From Laetmonice hystrix (taxonomy: Eukaryota), in the NCBI GenBank assembly GCA_965235115.1, contig OZ249444.1:10974001-11038000 (forward strand): a stretch of 64,000 nt of DNA. The letters run 5' to 3'. Of this stretch, positions 50,611-63,300 are shown piece by piece. A program made the translations under genes and the position numbers. Below the pieces are notes generated by a model. That model was not told the origin of the DNA, searched no databases, and was given only the letters and a program-made list of their open reading frames with translations. Numbering within the stretch: position 1 is the first letter of the stretch; every line of letters starts with the position of its first letter.

Positions 50611-53600
50611 GATGCTCACTCTGTTATCAGGAACGCGGCTGTCCAATAGTTGATCTCAGTGGTCAGTCCTCCCGCACCGGCAGATCCGAATCGTGTTTCC
50701 TTCTCACGTAGATTGATCGATTTCGATTGTACTTTACGGTTTGCCGGGCCGTACCTGGCGTGGGGGATGGAACACTGGAAGAAGTTTAATTTTTGACAAT
50801 ATTTACCCACAGAATAAATACCTCGGCTATATGCCTATGCTTGCGCCTCGCCCTATCCAAGAGTCAAACCTAAAGTGGCTCCACAGCACCAGACTGGAGC
50901 TCCTTGATCTCCTTCGCTTGGTGTATTCTAAATACACGCTGGAGTGAGGAGAAAATGACGGCGACAACGGTAGATGAACTGTCCTGTCCCCAGAAGATGA
51001 AGATAGTTGTAGACTTCAGCTTCAACGCAAATTTATGGTGGCTTTAAAACTAGTGGTTAGTTTTACAATCAGTTTCTCTATGAGGTTGTGTGATCCTAAC
51101 CCCAGATTCCTGACAGAATGGAATGATATCTATGGTTGATATCACATGTATCTTTTGATGGCATCAAGAGGTAGGTAGGAAGACGGTGATGGGGCTGAGT
51201 CGCACGTATGTACATCTTTGACGGTATTTATGTCGACAACTCAGCAATAAATAGATGTTATCAGGGGATGAGATATTGGGAGGGCGATAACAGATTTTTA
51301 CAGCTTATTCTATAGACTTTACCGCCAGAACTGTTCATCTGAAGTTGAGTTCTGATCATTATAGCATCATTGCAGGAAACAAGTCTAGCGGATATAAGTT
51401 AGTATCCAGAATATATCTTAGATGCTACCGGTTGCATCAGTCCAAGAATTGGAATTGAGACATCCACCTCACGCAATGACCCAATCTTGCCTTCATGACG
51501 CTCGTAACAGAACGTCAAGTTCCGGGACTGTTACAGGAAACATCAACCGAGCGCGCATAAAAAAACATCCCAACACAATCTCCCGGGAGAGACATTCGTA
51601 TGGCCGTCACATGAAGGGCCGCCATTGTTTCGCCCCCGTCCTATGTCCCTGTCACCTATCGTAACTCCCAGGAGCGTTAATGGCCCATTTCTACGTTTCC
51701 AAGCGTTTTCCCCGGCGATTCACAGGTGGCGCTCGTGTATATGTCGTCTGCTCGCAGATCACGTCTGAGCGCGTCTTTCAAATAAAGCCCTCGGTTCGTC
51801 TGATGGGCCGTTCACACTGTCCGACACTGAGGCATCATGGAACGGCGTTTTGTCCTCTCCGCCGAGTAATGACCATTGAGTTGATCCGGGCCAAGGAAAG
51901 GGATCTCCTACCCGGATCACGACCCGGCTCCCATTCGCCGATAATCAGTCTTGTTGTCGGGAATGCCACTAAGAGCCTAAAGAGTGTAAGGGGAAATGAA
52001 CCTTTTCACCCGTACTAATTCCATACACGTGGCTGCCATGCAAATTGTGAGCGAGCTTACCAACCCAATATTATGTGTATATCTAGTTTGTTTTTAATGG
52101 CAATACGATCCCCAGACAATCCACTATTATGGGGCCTGGACTTAACATCGTCTTCATAAGACATACTGCACGTTTCATCTGCAGGAGGTTCTATTATTGC
52201 GTTATTTTTATCACTTAGATCGTGTTTCATCCAAGTCATGCAGCTGGGGTCTATTACAGTTTGATTAGTTTACCGTAGACCTATGGTTGCATCGAGCCGT
52301 CTTGTGCCTGTGAAGCATGAGACGGTTTGGTGCCGGTAATATGTACGAAGAGGATTTTTCCTACGCCAGCCTCTTCAGACATGCCAAGTCTGAGGACAAT
52401 TCTGTAGTTGACCTCCAGACCGATGTCAACCGGAACTGGTCGATATCATCTCCCAACGTCCCAGTCACGTGACTTCACACGAGAACGGGAACTAGACTTG
52501 GAGAGTATGACGCCACGGTACCGCGTGGCGAAGGGGAATCTATTCACAAGAGTCTTGCCTTATCATGCTCATGAGCAGCGCAACCGCAAGACTGCTTATG
52601 ACATGGTAATTGGACGGAGAAGGTGGCTTCATTTGTCTGTCGAGATCAGAAGACAATTGCGAATCACTCGCGTTATCAAAACAACCCACCACTGCACTGC
52701 GCACGCGCAGAGGGCAAAGGAGTCTGATTCCGCCGAGATAAGATGGGTAAGATTGCAAGCGTCCCTAACTGCTCAAGTAGTGACAGTGTTGGATCATCCA
52801 CATAGCCATAGAGGCGCCAGCTTTAATCCCAATCTGGAATTAGCAATTCTGGCTAGCCCTGCCGAGACGTCAGTTCTCGCACAAAGAGTATATGTGATCA
52901 CCACTAACAAACTCCACGTGCCGTAACAATAAAACGACGGCTTCTTTGTGAGATTCAATCTCGGCAATTTCTGGTCGTGATTAGACCAGTTACGGCAATG
53001 GGTGTTTTTCTTGTTTTATGTTCCCCCACTGCCTGCGTTATAATTGCGTGTGGTCGACTCGGTCCGTCTGTTAGTACCGAGATATCGGAACTACAGTGGA
53101 GGGGAGGAACAATCTCTGGCGTCTGATTACTGAGCACATCTGAAATAACGTTGTTTAATGTTTAATCCCTGTCGGATGTGTGACGTAATTACCTCCCTGC
53201 TGCGGGCCTCGCTCTGATGGAAACTGCTCGTATGGACGAGCACGAGGAGAATGGCTCGGACCGAGTTCTCTACTGGTATTTTTTCTGCGATGAGTGGAGC
53301 AGTGTTGGGAATGTGACTGCCACAATGAGCAAACACAATTATAGCTTTTAAGAAACGCCAGGAGACAGCGAACGTTTGGAATAAAGGTTCACACACAAGC
53401 TTCTTTGTAATAATCAGAACTGTTTGTTTTCGTTTTTCCCCACATTCGAACCGTCAGACTTATTATTGAATCCCTCACTCTGGCCAATTTGGAAGACGAC
53501 GGCATCCCACAATGTGTCATGATGTGCCTGCGTTAAAAAAATTGAATTTTCTTCAAATACAGCAACTTTCCTCACAGTAAATAGCCTATGTCTTATACAA

Positions 53601-53884
53601 TAGGAGAATCCAGTATAGCCCTTAACAACTGGGCGAGGGTGTAGATGATGGCACTCGTGTATCATGCATGCACAAGGTATTGTTACAGACTTCCTTGTCA
53701 GACCTCTAATCTGAAGAGAGTACACGTCAATCTCTCGGTGTCGGCTCACTGCTTCCCCCATCGAACCACATTCGAATTCATGTCACCCAAGATTTAATAA
53801 CAAGGGGACAGGGTAGTTCACTTAACGTTGGGGACACCAAGTCTGTATACACCACAGCAGTAAGGTACTGTTCCCTGTACTATA

Positions 53885-54133
53885 CTGCCGTGAAATGACC
53901 AAAGGAAGCAAGTCCGACTTTCATCAAAATCGACTTAAGTGTAAATTTGGATTCAGGGAAGTAAGCCCTATCTATCAATGGGTGTATTTCTGCTAAACAT
54001 CCTTCTATAAAGCTATCAGTCACATGACAGAAGGAAGCATGCCCATCCAACTGTACTGTAGAGACAACTTGTTTATGTCCATTTCTCGAAACTTGAACTT
54101 TTGGACTTGCTTCCTTTTGTCATTTCACGGCAG
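53885..54133 (+). mobile_element. MITE family A, copy 3
   Basis: 249 bp with the same TIRs, flanked by TATA (53881-53884, 54134-54137). Confidence 0.93.
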
Positions 54134-54689
54134 TATAGACCACTATTCCACCTGACATTACTTCCACCATGCACTTTAACATCTACCTCGTTTAAGGTGA
54201 CTTGTAGGTAGCCGTAAAGAAGAGTTAAACAAACGACAAAAACAGACCTTGTTAACAGAACTGCAAATAAAACGCCTCACAGCTCAGTACTCAAGACATG
54301 ACCTTGATGCACAGAAATTTCCCCAACATGCTTCCGCTCCTCAGTATTAGAACCACGCCCAGACTAAAATACATATGCCACGTTTTGCTAACGTACTCAC
54401 CAACATGAAAGCTTCGTTTAAGACATGCGTCACATTTTTCTAGCTGCAAAGACTGTAGGCTTTACCTTATCGATTTTGTTCAAAGGCATACTGTATAACA
54501 AATGGTCGAATGTAGGGGTAATAGCAGGAAAAGCAATTCACCAGTCACCAAAGTCAGTACAAAATGATATGCCGCGTTCTCACTGGTCGGAGTGTCCGTG
54601 AAGATTTAGCTGATGACTAATGGGGGTATCGTGTTCGCCGCGGTAGGTCCCTCAGTTCTCGCAATCCCCGCCATGTGGCGCTGAGGTCC

Positions 54690-54960
54690 ATGGCCCCCAC
54701 ACGTCACCTTTGATGTCCCCAATAACTACCTCTAAATGGTGCACGTCCTCTAAAGAGAGACACCTGGCGTGAAATCAGGAAGTCACTGATGACCACGTCT
54801 GTGTCAGCGTCGGGCTCGGTGGCCGGGCGTCAGTCTTGGCGCCTCACCTGGTGGCTATCTGAGGGCTGCCATCAAAGGGTGGCGTTTGACGAACGTGACG
54901 CAGGTCAGAGGTCAGCAAGCGGAGATAGGCGTCCCTCGACTTTAATGCAAAATTAACCAA
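54690..54960. promoter_or_regulatory. Enhancer-like motif cluster (TCF/LEF x2, ETS, DR1)
   Basis: CCTTTGATG near 54707, CATCAAAGG near 54870, CAGGAAGT near 54777, AGGTCA-g-AGGTCA at 54902-54914, in a GC-rich patch. Confidence 0.4.
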
Positions 54961-57900
54961 GTGCCATGCTGCGCTCTTACATTACCTACCACCTATTAAC
55001 ATAGGCGCTTGCTAACATATTAAGGAGGCACCAAACCTGATTTGTGTTCGTTTAAATGGTGCTCACGTGGTGCACAGCTGCCCAATCAAAAAACTTCATT
55101 TGCAGTTACAGCGTGAACAAAGAGCCCCGTCTGTCGATCCTAAACAAAGAGGTTACATAAGTCACCACGCCACTTAATACGTGGCACGGGTGAGTGCGGC
55201 AGCAACCGCCGGAAGTGGATGCTCCAATGGCCTTCATCTTGGTTCATGACGACAGTCTTCCCGTTAGAACCTCTTCCTATCGTTTTTCGAGTAGTACTCC
55301 TGGTATCAGAAACTGAAGGCAGTGGTATCCCTTACGGCCGACTCTAAACTACCCGACGGGTTAACCATTACCCCAGTTTCTACCTCCTCCCCCAACACCC
55401 GCGTTCTCGGTGAAGGTGTTGAAGAGACGCAGGTGGCGGGCTGACTGCCAGTCCTGACGTCCACCTATCTAAGCGCCACTCCGTCCAGGTTGTTTAGGCC
55501 TTCGGTTCCGAGGACATCTGATTTTACTTAGCGAAGAAGTGCAAACAGGGGCGGAGACCTGATAGATCTCTCCCCTCGACTGCCGAGATCTATCTCTCCA
55601 CAACTCGCCACCCTCAGCATGGATGCCTTCACACCGACATCCAGACATCAGCCTAACGTCAGCTAACCCACACAAACACTTCCCCTCATCACAGCTATGC
55701 TTATTCTGTTGCCCTCTAATTAATCATAATTATATAAGACGGTTCTAATTAATATATAAAGGCCTAATTTTCGTATTTGTCTCACTTTCTAATTCCTCTC
55801 CCGACTTTTTCATCGTTGCAATTCTATCTATTGCGAAAATCTGCTTTGCTAAAATTTAATAGTTATACACCCTGTACACCCACAAACACATGCCCAATGC
55901 CTACATGTAAAGTCGCTTCAGTCGCTGAGATAGTGAGTAAAAGAACGGCGCGAGGGCAGCCGTACACAGACCGCGTTTCTAGTTGGGAGATACTGTGCCA
56001 TTGCGGAGAACATTTTGTGCCGTTTTGTAATGTTTGTTTTAATCCACACACTATATTTAAATGACGGTACCTTATGCCCAGAGTAGAAGGACGCCTTTTC
56101 ATTCTGGTGTCTAACAAGATCTTATTCATATTACTGTAGGAAAAAACATATCATCCACTGCAGTTTTAGTTCATTAACTAAAAGCGCCAAACAAATCAAT
56201 TAATCAAATTGCCTCATTCCGATTGCATTGTTATTATCTGAATGGCGCCCAACCGTTTTAGGATTAATGATTTGGCTTACTCTAGTAAACAACACTACAC
56301 GCCAGCAAGCCACCTTATCCCTTGGAATCTATGCGACTGCCTCTCGGATACTGATAGGCCTCAATTAGAAGGCGTATAGTCTTCGCAGGGATTATCTCAA
56401 AATCTCATTCATGCAAATCGCCAGCAGCATAATTGGAGTGTAGAGATAAAGGCACAGTCCGGGAGCTGTGATTGGTCCGTTCGTTCAGCGGCAGACAGTG
56501 TAAATCGACCACAGAGTTTCACTCCACGATCGTTTTTTCATACCTTTCATTCGGTATTTTGACGACAGCGAGTTTTTACCCAACTTAATGAAGATTGCAT
56601 TTATAGTCTCATTTTAACAACCGTTTGAGTTGCAATTTTTTTCTCTCATGGGTTGGAGTATGCATGCGTGAGAATCAGTGTTGTTTGACATACCCTTCAG
56701 TCTAATAAAACGATGCTATAGTACATAATTAATATATGTTCACAAAGGTTTAAATTTGTGGCCCACCTGCATATAAGTTGATATTATCCCTCCCGCGATA
56801 TCAATAAGCTCAAGACATCCACCTGCATTGTACATTGACGATTTATCTTCATAATTGTGTATTTCGTTTACGAAAAGCTTTTCTAGAATTCCTTGCTAAA
56901 GCAATCAGCCGCAAGTATAGAGGCAACTAACTTTAGCTACATCATTGGGCACTCGGTTGAGGGTACCTTCGACCTGCAGGAAAACTTCAGCTAATGAATC
57001 CACCTTTTACTGACAGCTAAATATGGGATAGTAATGACCTGCAACAGACAGGTGGAGTGGTTGGAACGTGAGATGATAGGCGAGCCGGCCTCGCCAACCT
57101 CTGCCCTCCATCAGATAGCCCCATCTCGCACTTCTTGTGCACAGACAAGAGGCCCCCAGGAACCAGCGTTTGGGGTATTTCCGAGCGACCTAAGTAAAGC
57201 TATGATGGCGTCAGAAACCTTTTCTCCATCACACAGCGTCTGTGTCCAAAATTACCAAAACTATGTTTCTGGCGCATTTCTACACCTGTTCGCCATTAAC
57301 TGCGGCACGTGTACGCCAAACACGCCTGCTGCCAATCATAACACGTTCTAAAACATGTGAGCCCGCCCTTGGCCATTTTGGAGTCGGAAATCCGTAGCCT
57401 TGTTATGTCTGGACAAAATCATGGAAATACACAGCGGCGAAATGGAAGCCAGTCGGAGATAGCGGCAGACGGCAGCAATGTGTTCCGGTAAAATCTCATG
57501 TCGTCTGTTTTAGTCACAATAAAAACCAACCATCAGCGACAAAATAGAGTTCAAGTAGATGCTGCTGTTGATAGTATGAGCAGTAAAAGGCCGGCTTACC
57601 GATAAAAACATTGGCGCTTTGTTCCCTTCTTCTCATTGTAAATCTTCATCTAAACTTTCTGCATTGCCTCAATCGTCTGGGGCCAAAATGACGGAACGAA
57701 AAAGTGTTTCTTTGTTATATGTATACGTATATGCAAAACATCTGTGGATAATGTGATTCAAATCAATAGTTCCTAACCCGACAGGCCGTCACCATGATGT
57801 TGGCGTAAGATGTAATCCTTAAAGGCCATGGATCAGCCTTGTTTACAAAGAAGATTGGAACGTTTCCGCGCATAAGTAAGTCGGTTGGTAAACTACAGCC

Positions 57901-60147
57901 TATGAACACTTCATTATTACCAGCAGTTCAATTACTTCTGTAGGTCCAATTAGACTGGCCTCCAATTCGAACATATCACCTCGCACCGTTCAATACGTTT
58001 GGCAAAGTTTTCCTGGACTGTTTGGCCTGTGCATGTGACCACCCCCTAAAGTACTACATCCTTAATTCCATCCCGGATAACTGCCTACGTTCGACGTCGT
58101 CTTCCCTCGTATCGTCCCTTGTCTTATTCTAATTTTTATAAGTTCCGACAACACCATTTAACTGACTTCGGTTTGTTCGTCGACCAGTAAGTAATCAAAT
58201 GACGCCAGCTGGGGGCATCCAATGGCCATGTCCGCCAACAGAATTATAGCTCGTTTCATCAAGCTTATCGCGACCAGTTTTTCAACACACACTTAAACTT
58301 TGATTCGATTTACACGGCGGACTTACTGACGAGCGGGAAATAATTTCCCTGGGCCCTTGCGCTCGTAATCACTGAAATCAACCAAGGAGATGATAGCTTA
58401 ACTTAATTGAATCTTTCTTCTCACAGGACATGTTGAGTTGTTGTAAATGAATGAAACGCGCATGTCGCATGAAGCAAGACGAAACAGTCCTGAATCAAGT
58501 CTAGGATGGTTCGACGAAATAAACTCTAATGAAATTTTCTGGAAGTCATTTTCTTGCTTCTTCTTCTTCTTCTTGCCTTAGACTTCGTAGCGCCATTGTC
58601 ACATTTGTTTCTCATTGGATCACGAGCCCGTTTTAGAATTTTGTTTACGTAGCTGGGTATGGGGCTGAGTTAGTATAGGTACATCATACACATGAGTGTA
58701 AGCCTACTAGTATGGACGCAAGCCAAGGCGCCTGTATGCGCGTGTGATATCCCCTGGATGGACAGGAAGAGACGTCACATTAGATGTCTACTGTATGGGA
58801 CGACTACAATCGATACTTCTTATTTCATTTGTCTTGCGCCATATAAATCACTGATGCTTATATTGAATATTAATGGGAAAAAAGTCAGAAGGCATTCGTC
58901 GAGTGGTTAGGAGCCGGGCTCCCTTGATTCGGTTCCATAACTAATAGAATTGGTTCGAATGGAGACACTAGAACGATTTATATACAGTCCGGCAGCTATG
59001 ACGTCACAAAGCAGAACACTCTAATCAAACTTGAAGTGGCGGCAACGAACGCCGTATTCTATAATTACTCGGTAAAGGCCACATGATGGTCCTGCTCAAA
59101 ATCGCAGAATTGGCTGAAAACGTTGCCAGACGCGAGGGACGTGCACGGTTGAAATCAGTATCTAGGTTCTCCTTGTCCTCTTAATTATTACTCGCTTCAG
59201 TGCTACAGATGTACATGTATTGTCGTTATCATTCCAAGGAGCTCCAGCTGTCATTTCCAAAACTAATATATTTAACAAAATTCATGTATATATCTATATC
59301 AAGGAGGGCATTAACATAAATATGCGTACTGTAAGCCCCTTTAACCAGCTTTGTTGATATACACCATCATATTCGATCTAATGTTACTCGAATCAATTCT
59401 CTGAATGTTGTCTTTCTGGGCCCCTACCAGAGTCGGCGCAGGTGTTGGAGTCCTTCTGTCGCGTATATAAGAGATTTTTGAGTAAACTGCCAATGATGGC
59501 AATATATGCTGGAAGCGCATCATAATTTGGTCCCACAGTTAGGATGCGAATGGTTAACGGCCCTCCCCTGTAATTTCCACCAAATCAATGCAAATGACAG
59601 TCACCTTCGTAGATAACGGCGCGCATTTCTCACTTATAACAACCACAAATGACAGTTAACACTCCGGCAGAAAAAAATGGTCTCGGTATTCCGTGCATAC
59701 AAAAGAGCACCCAAGCACAGTGTACCGATAGCCATTAACATTTCAGATAGGGAGGTGTTCTTTCCGATCTCGATGTCATCTATACGGAATGTGATTATGT
59801 AAATGTAAAAGAACATTAACTACATGAATCCTTTATCGCCCATGTATACTAAAACATAACATCATTATCGCCCTACACGTTTACATCGCGTATCAGTGCC
59901 CCTTGTTTTATTCATTAAAATGCTTATGATACACAGATATCATTATCCTTCACTCTTATCGTTGTAACTTTTCATATAAATCGTCCCGGAAACTTTTACC
60001 TTTACTTTCTACTTTAAACTACATTTGACATCTTTGCCGCTCCTTAACCAAACAGAAATTCTGCCATGATTCATTAGGAGTACCATAAAGCCATTTCGAC
60101 CCTGTTCCGGCTAGATACGTCCGAACGGCTCGTTATGTCCGATAGGA

Positions 60148-60217
60148 GATGTGTCCGCAAACATCAGCTAGATGTGTCCGGTACCGGACACATCTAGCTG
60201 ATGTTTGCGGACATATC
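60148..60217. repeat. 70-bp near-perfect palindrome with no spacer
   Basis: 35-bp arms centred on GGTACC (60180-60185) with one mismatch; a diverged extra copy of the right arm follows at about 60224-60260. Confidence 0.95.
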
Positions 60218-60296
60218 CGGATTACCGGACACATTTAGCTGACATTTGTGGACATATCCGCGGATTATCCTCCAGATTACGCCTATATAAAACTGG

Positions 60297-60310
60297 CCAC
60301 CAGATGGCAG
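60297..60310 (+). promoter_or_regulatory. CTCF-like motif
   Basis: CCACCAGATGGCAG, an exact core match. Confidence 0.5.
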
Positions 60311-63300
60311 CATCCATCACAGATACCACCAATACCTGCAATGTGGATATTGTCACCTTCGTCTATAGGACGTTGGCATGAGTCGTTGTTGCCTGGATGT
60401 ATACAAGTTTCTTTGATTCTCACTAAACCAAATGTTAAGAACCCAGACCAAATGCATTTTAAAAGTATGCTTAAATGTTTACCTACAACGTGCACTACTT
60501 TAAGATTTGTGATTTCGCTGAAATATAGTTTAATATCGTGATCAACCCCTGTGCTGTGTCTGTCACACCTGTTCTGTGGTACCCAACCAACAGGGTGTGT
60601 ATATAAAGCAATTAGTAACACTGTACAACTGTCTAGGAAAGGCGAGACTCGGGTCTCCACGTTCGGTCGTAGTCTGGAAACAGACGCTGTTGAAAATCTG
60701 ACAGTACGAGGAGGTCGGCTCGGTTGGTGTCCACGAGGGAGAGGTGAGGGTGAAACTCGAAGATCCGTGGACAACTCTTCTAAAGGGTTCTATAAATAGA
60801 ACCCGTACCCCGTCAGTGTGCTCAATCTGCGGCAAGGTTCCAAACCAGTTGACTCTCAATGGGCTATCGTGTGTCTCCAGACGCCAGATACGAACGTTAG
60901 GACTTGGACCCTGAAGAGTCAGACCAATCCCTGATTTTTTTAGTTGTTCGATGTTAAACGATGTTAACTTTCCAAATTTACAGTTTTTTTCTCGATCTGG
61001 GCAAGGTCACGTATCCCTCTGGTTCCTTCTCTTTGCGATACCATACTCCTTATTGTATTTCTATAACCTATTGCCAAGTCCTCCACACTCTGGTCTTATT
61101 CATTCACTACGTAAAACGTCTAATGACCATTTTCTATGAATAAGACAATAATGTAATAGTTTATCGCAAAATGTAGGATGTTTACGTATATATGGCCACG
61201 GACACGCAAAGGCGCCATACTTTTTGACGAAATGGCACTTCGGCCTGAAGCTATAGGTCGGTTTCCTGAGAACAGTACGAGAAAACAGAAGCTCATTTGG
61301 TAGCATGTGGTTGTAATGGCTGCCCCCTGTTGTCTACCAAGGAAATACAGCCAACATTTACACAGACCTCCCGCATGCGTACCCCATCAGCACGGAGAAT
61401 GTATCGACGTTTTAATGCAATGACATCGTCCTTCAATCGATTCAAACCAATTTCTAGTTTTTGTCTAATTTCCTATCGGCCGTCATGGCATGGCTTTTAG
61501 ATACGCCGGGCCGTATCGCTCGCTCAATGACTGTGTCGATTGGCCCAGCATCCGATCACGTGACTCAGTGAGTGCATCTCCTTAGATTGGGCGATATTGC
61601 GGAAGCAACCTTTTAGCTTATTCCACAAAGGTCACCGTGTTTAGGGTTGCAAACTGCACGAAGGGGTGGACTCTGGGCAGTATATCTGACTACCCAACCT
61701 CTACTCCCCGCCACGTGTCAGATCACTTGACCTCTCCCTCTCTCTCATTTGTATTCACTGTTATACCTGTATACCTGGGTATACCTGGTCATTGCTTGGT
61801 TAATGAGGTTGTTCAAACACTGTTAAATAGTGTTCATTTTTACGGAATCCAGCTGAAGTTATTGTACTGGTACTTTCTCCAGTAACACAATTGCCTAGAG
61901 TATTAATCTACTGATTGTCCTAATGAATGGGTATAAAAGAAACAATGACATCACTTATACATGTGCCCATGACTGACAAGGCCGACAAGCCGTTCAGACT
62001 GGTCTATTCGGGCCTAATAATATTGTAATGAATGATTTTAAAGCTGGGCCTTATCACCGATGATCACCTCACAGGTCGTGACCAGCGCGCTGGGACGGAG
62101 ACCACGTCGGTCATGACTGCATGACTCTGAAACATGTCAGCAATGGCACGCAACGTAAATCACATCGATCCGTAACGGTCCATTACACTCTGAATACGTC
62201 GTGATATATATTGCTTTTCACCATTTTACTTCGATTTTCTCCGCATTAAGCTCCCATCATTCATCAGGCCAATGATGGCCGACCCCAGACATGATGGATC
62301 ACTCGGTCGACAACCAATACACGGCCGAGGAGAAGTCACATGACATAACGTCATTCTTTACAGACATGTCGCAACAACAAGAATTAACCGCCTAACCAGA
62401 TTGCTGCGTTCAGCATGTCGAAAATGGCATTTTCGTTCAACAGGGTTTGCGATGTTACCGAGTAATAGAACATTTTCTTCTCGACTAAACGGAAGTACCA
62501 CCTGCAATTCGACCAGAGGAAAGTAGAGGTCTTCCGGAAGGCGTCTTCCGGTTTAGTGGAGCACTCCTAACAGGATTCACCAGGACAGGCAGACGGCGGG
62601 CTTGTCCATCTCCTCTGGTCGTTTTCTAGGCGCCTACTTCTGAACAGAGGCAAATAACGCGAGACACATACCAGTTTGTAGTCATTGATGGCTACAAATA
62701 TACATGATTCATTATGAAATATACATGATTCATCGGAACATGTTCGCACTTTCATACTGGTGAACACTTCACCTTCAAAACTATACACAGGCACCCCTAT
62801 CTGAATAAATACATTTGTATATGCATACTATTTTTATAGAGGTGGCGGTGACGTTCAGTTTATCTGAGAGCCGCGATTTAATTCTCCTGAGGTACTATAT
62901 TAATATCTGTTTCGGAACATTCGGAACGTTTAACTGGGCAAAGCCGGATGCCCCTATAACTGCGTCAAGGTACGTAAACCGTTGTTTTAACCAGCAGAAG
63001 TTCTGCGAACCCACACCAAATTAGCCGGACAGTGCTCCTGTCGCAGTGAGTAGCTACATTGACACCTTTGGTTGGTATCCATAGGAACCGTATGATTGCT
63101 GCTGATTCATGTTGTTTGAATAATCATTCTGGGACACAGCAATGTTGATAGTGGTCCTCGAGTCAACACCCCCTCCCCCTTAAATCTTCCCGCCACTGGC
63201 TGTACGAAAACAACCCCGTTGTTTGTCCGAGGGCCGTCACAACAACAAATGCAAAGGGTGCCCCACAGGCAATTAGCCACTCAAAGGCAACAGTCTTGGA

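Noticed and set aside
52408-52926. Longest ORF (172 aa) as a gene
   Set aside because: Non-ATG start in the track, no recognisable domain or splice framework; this length is attainable by chance in 64 kb.
58893-58965. tRNA or tRNA-derived SINE head (GTCGAGTGGTTAG ... GGTTCGAAT)
   Set aside because: A- and B-box-like words are present, but there is no cloverleaf, no second copy and no tail or TSD.
60697-60914. Frame containing VKLEDPW...CSICGK as a zinc-finger exon
   Set aside because: The His pair of a C2H2 finger is missing and no further fingers follow.
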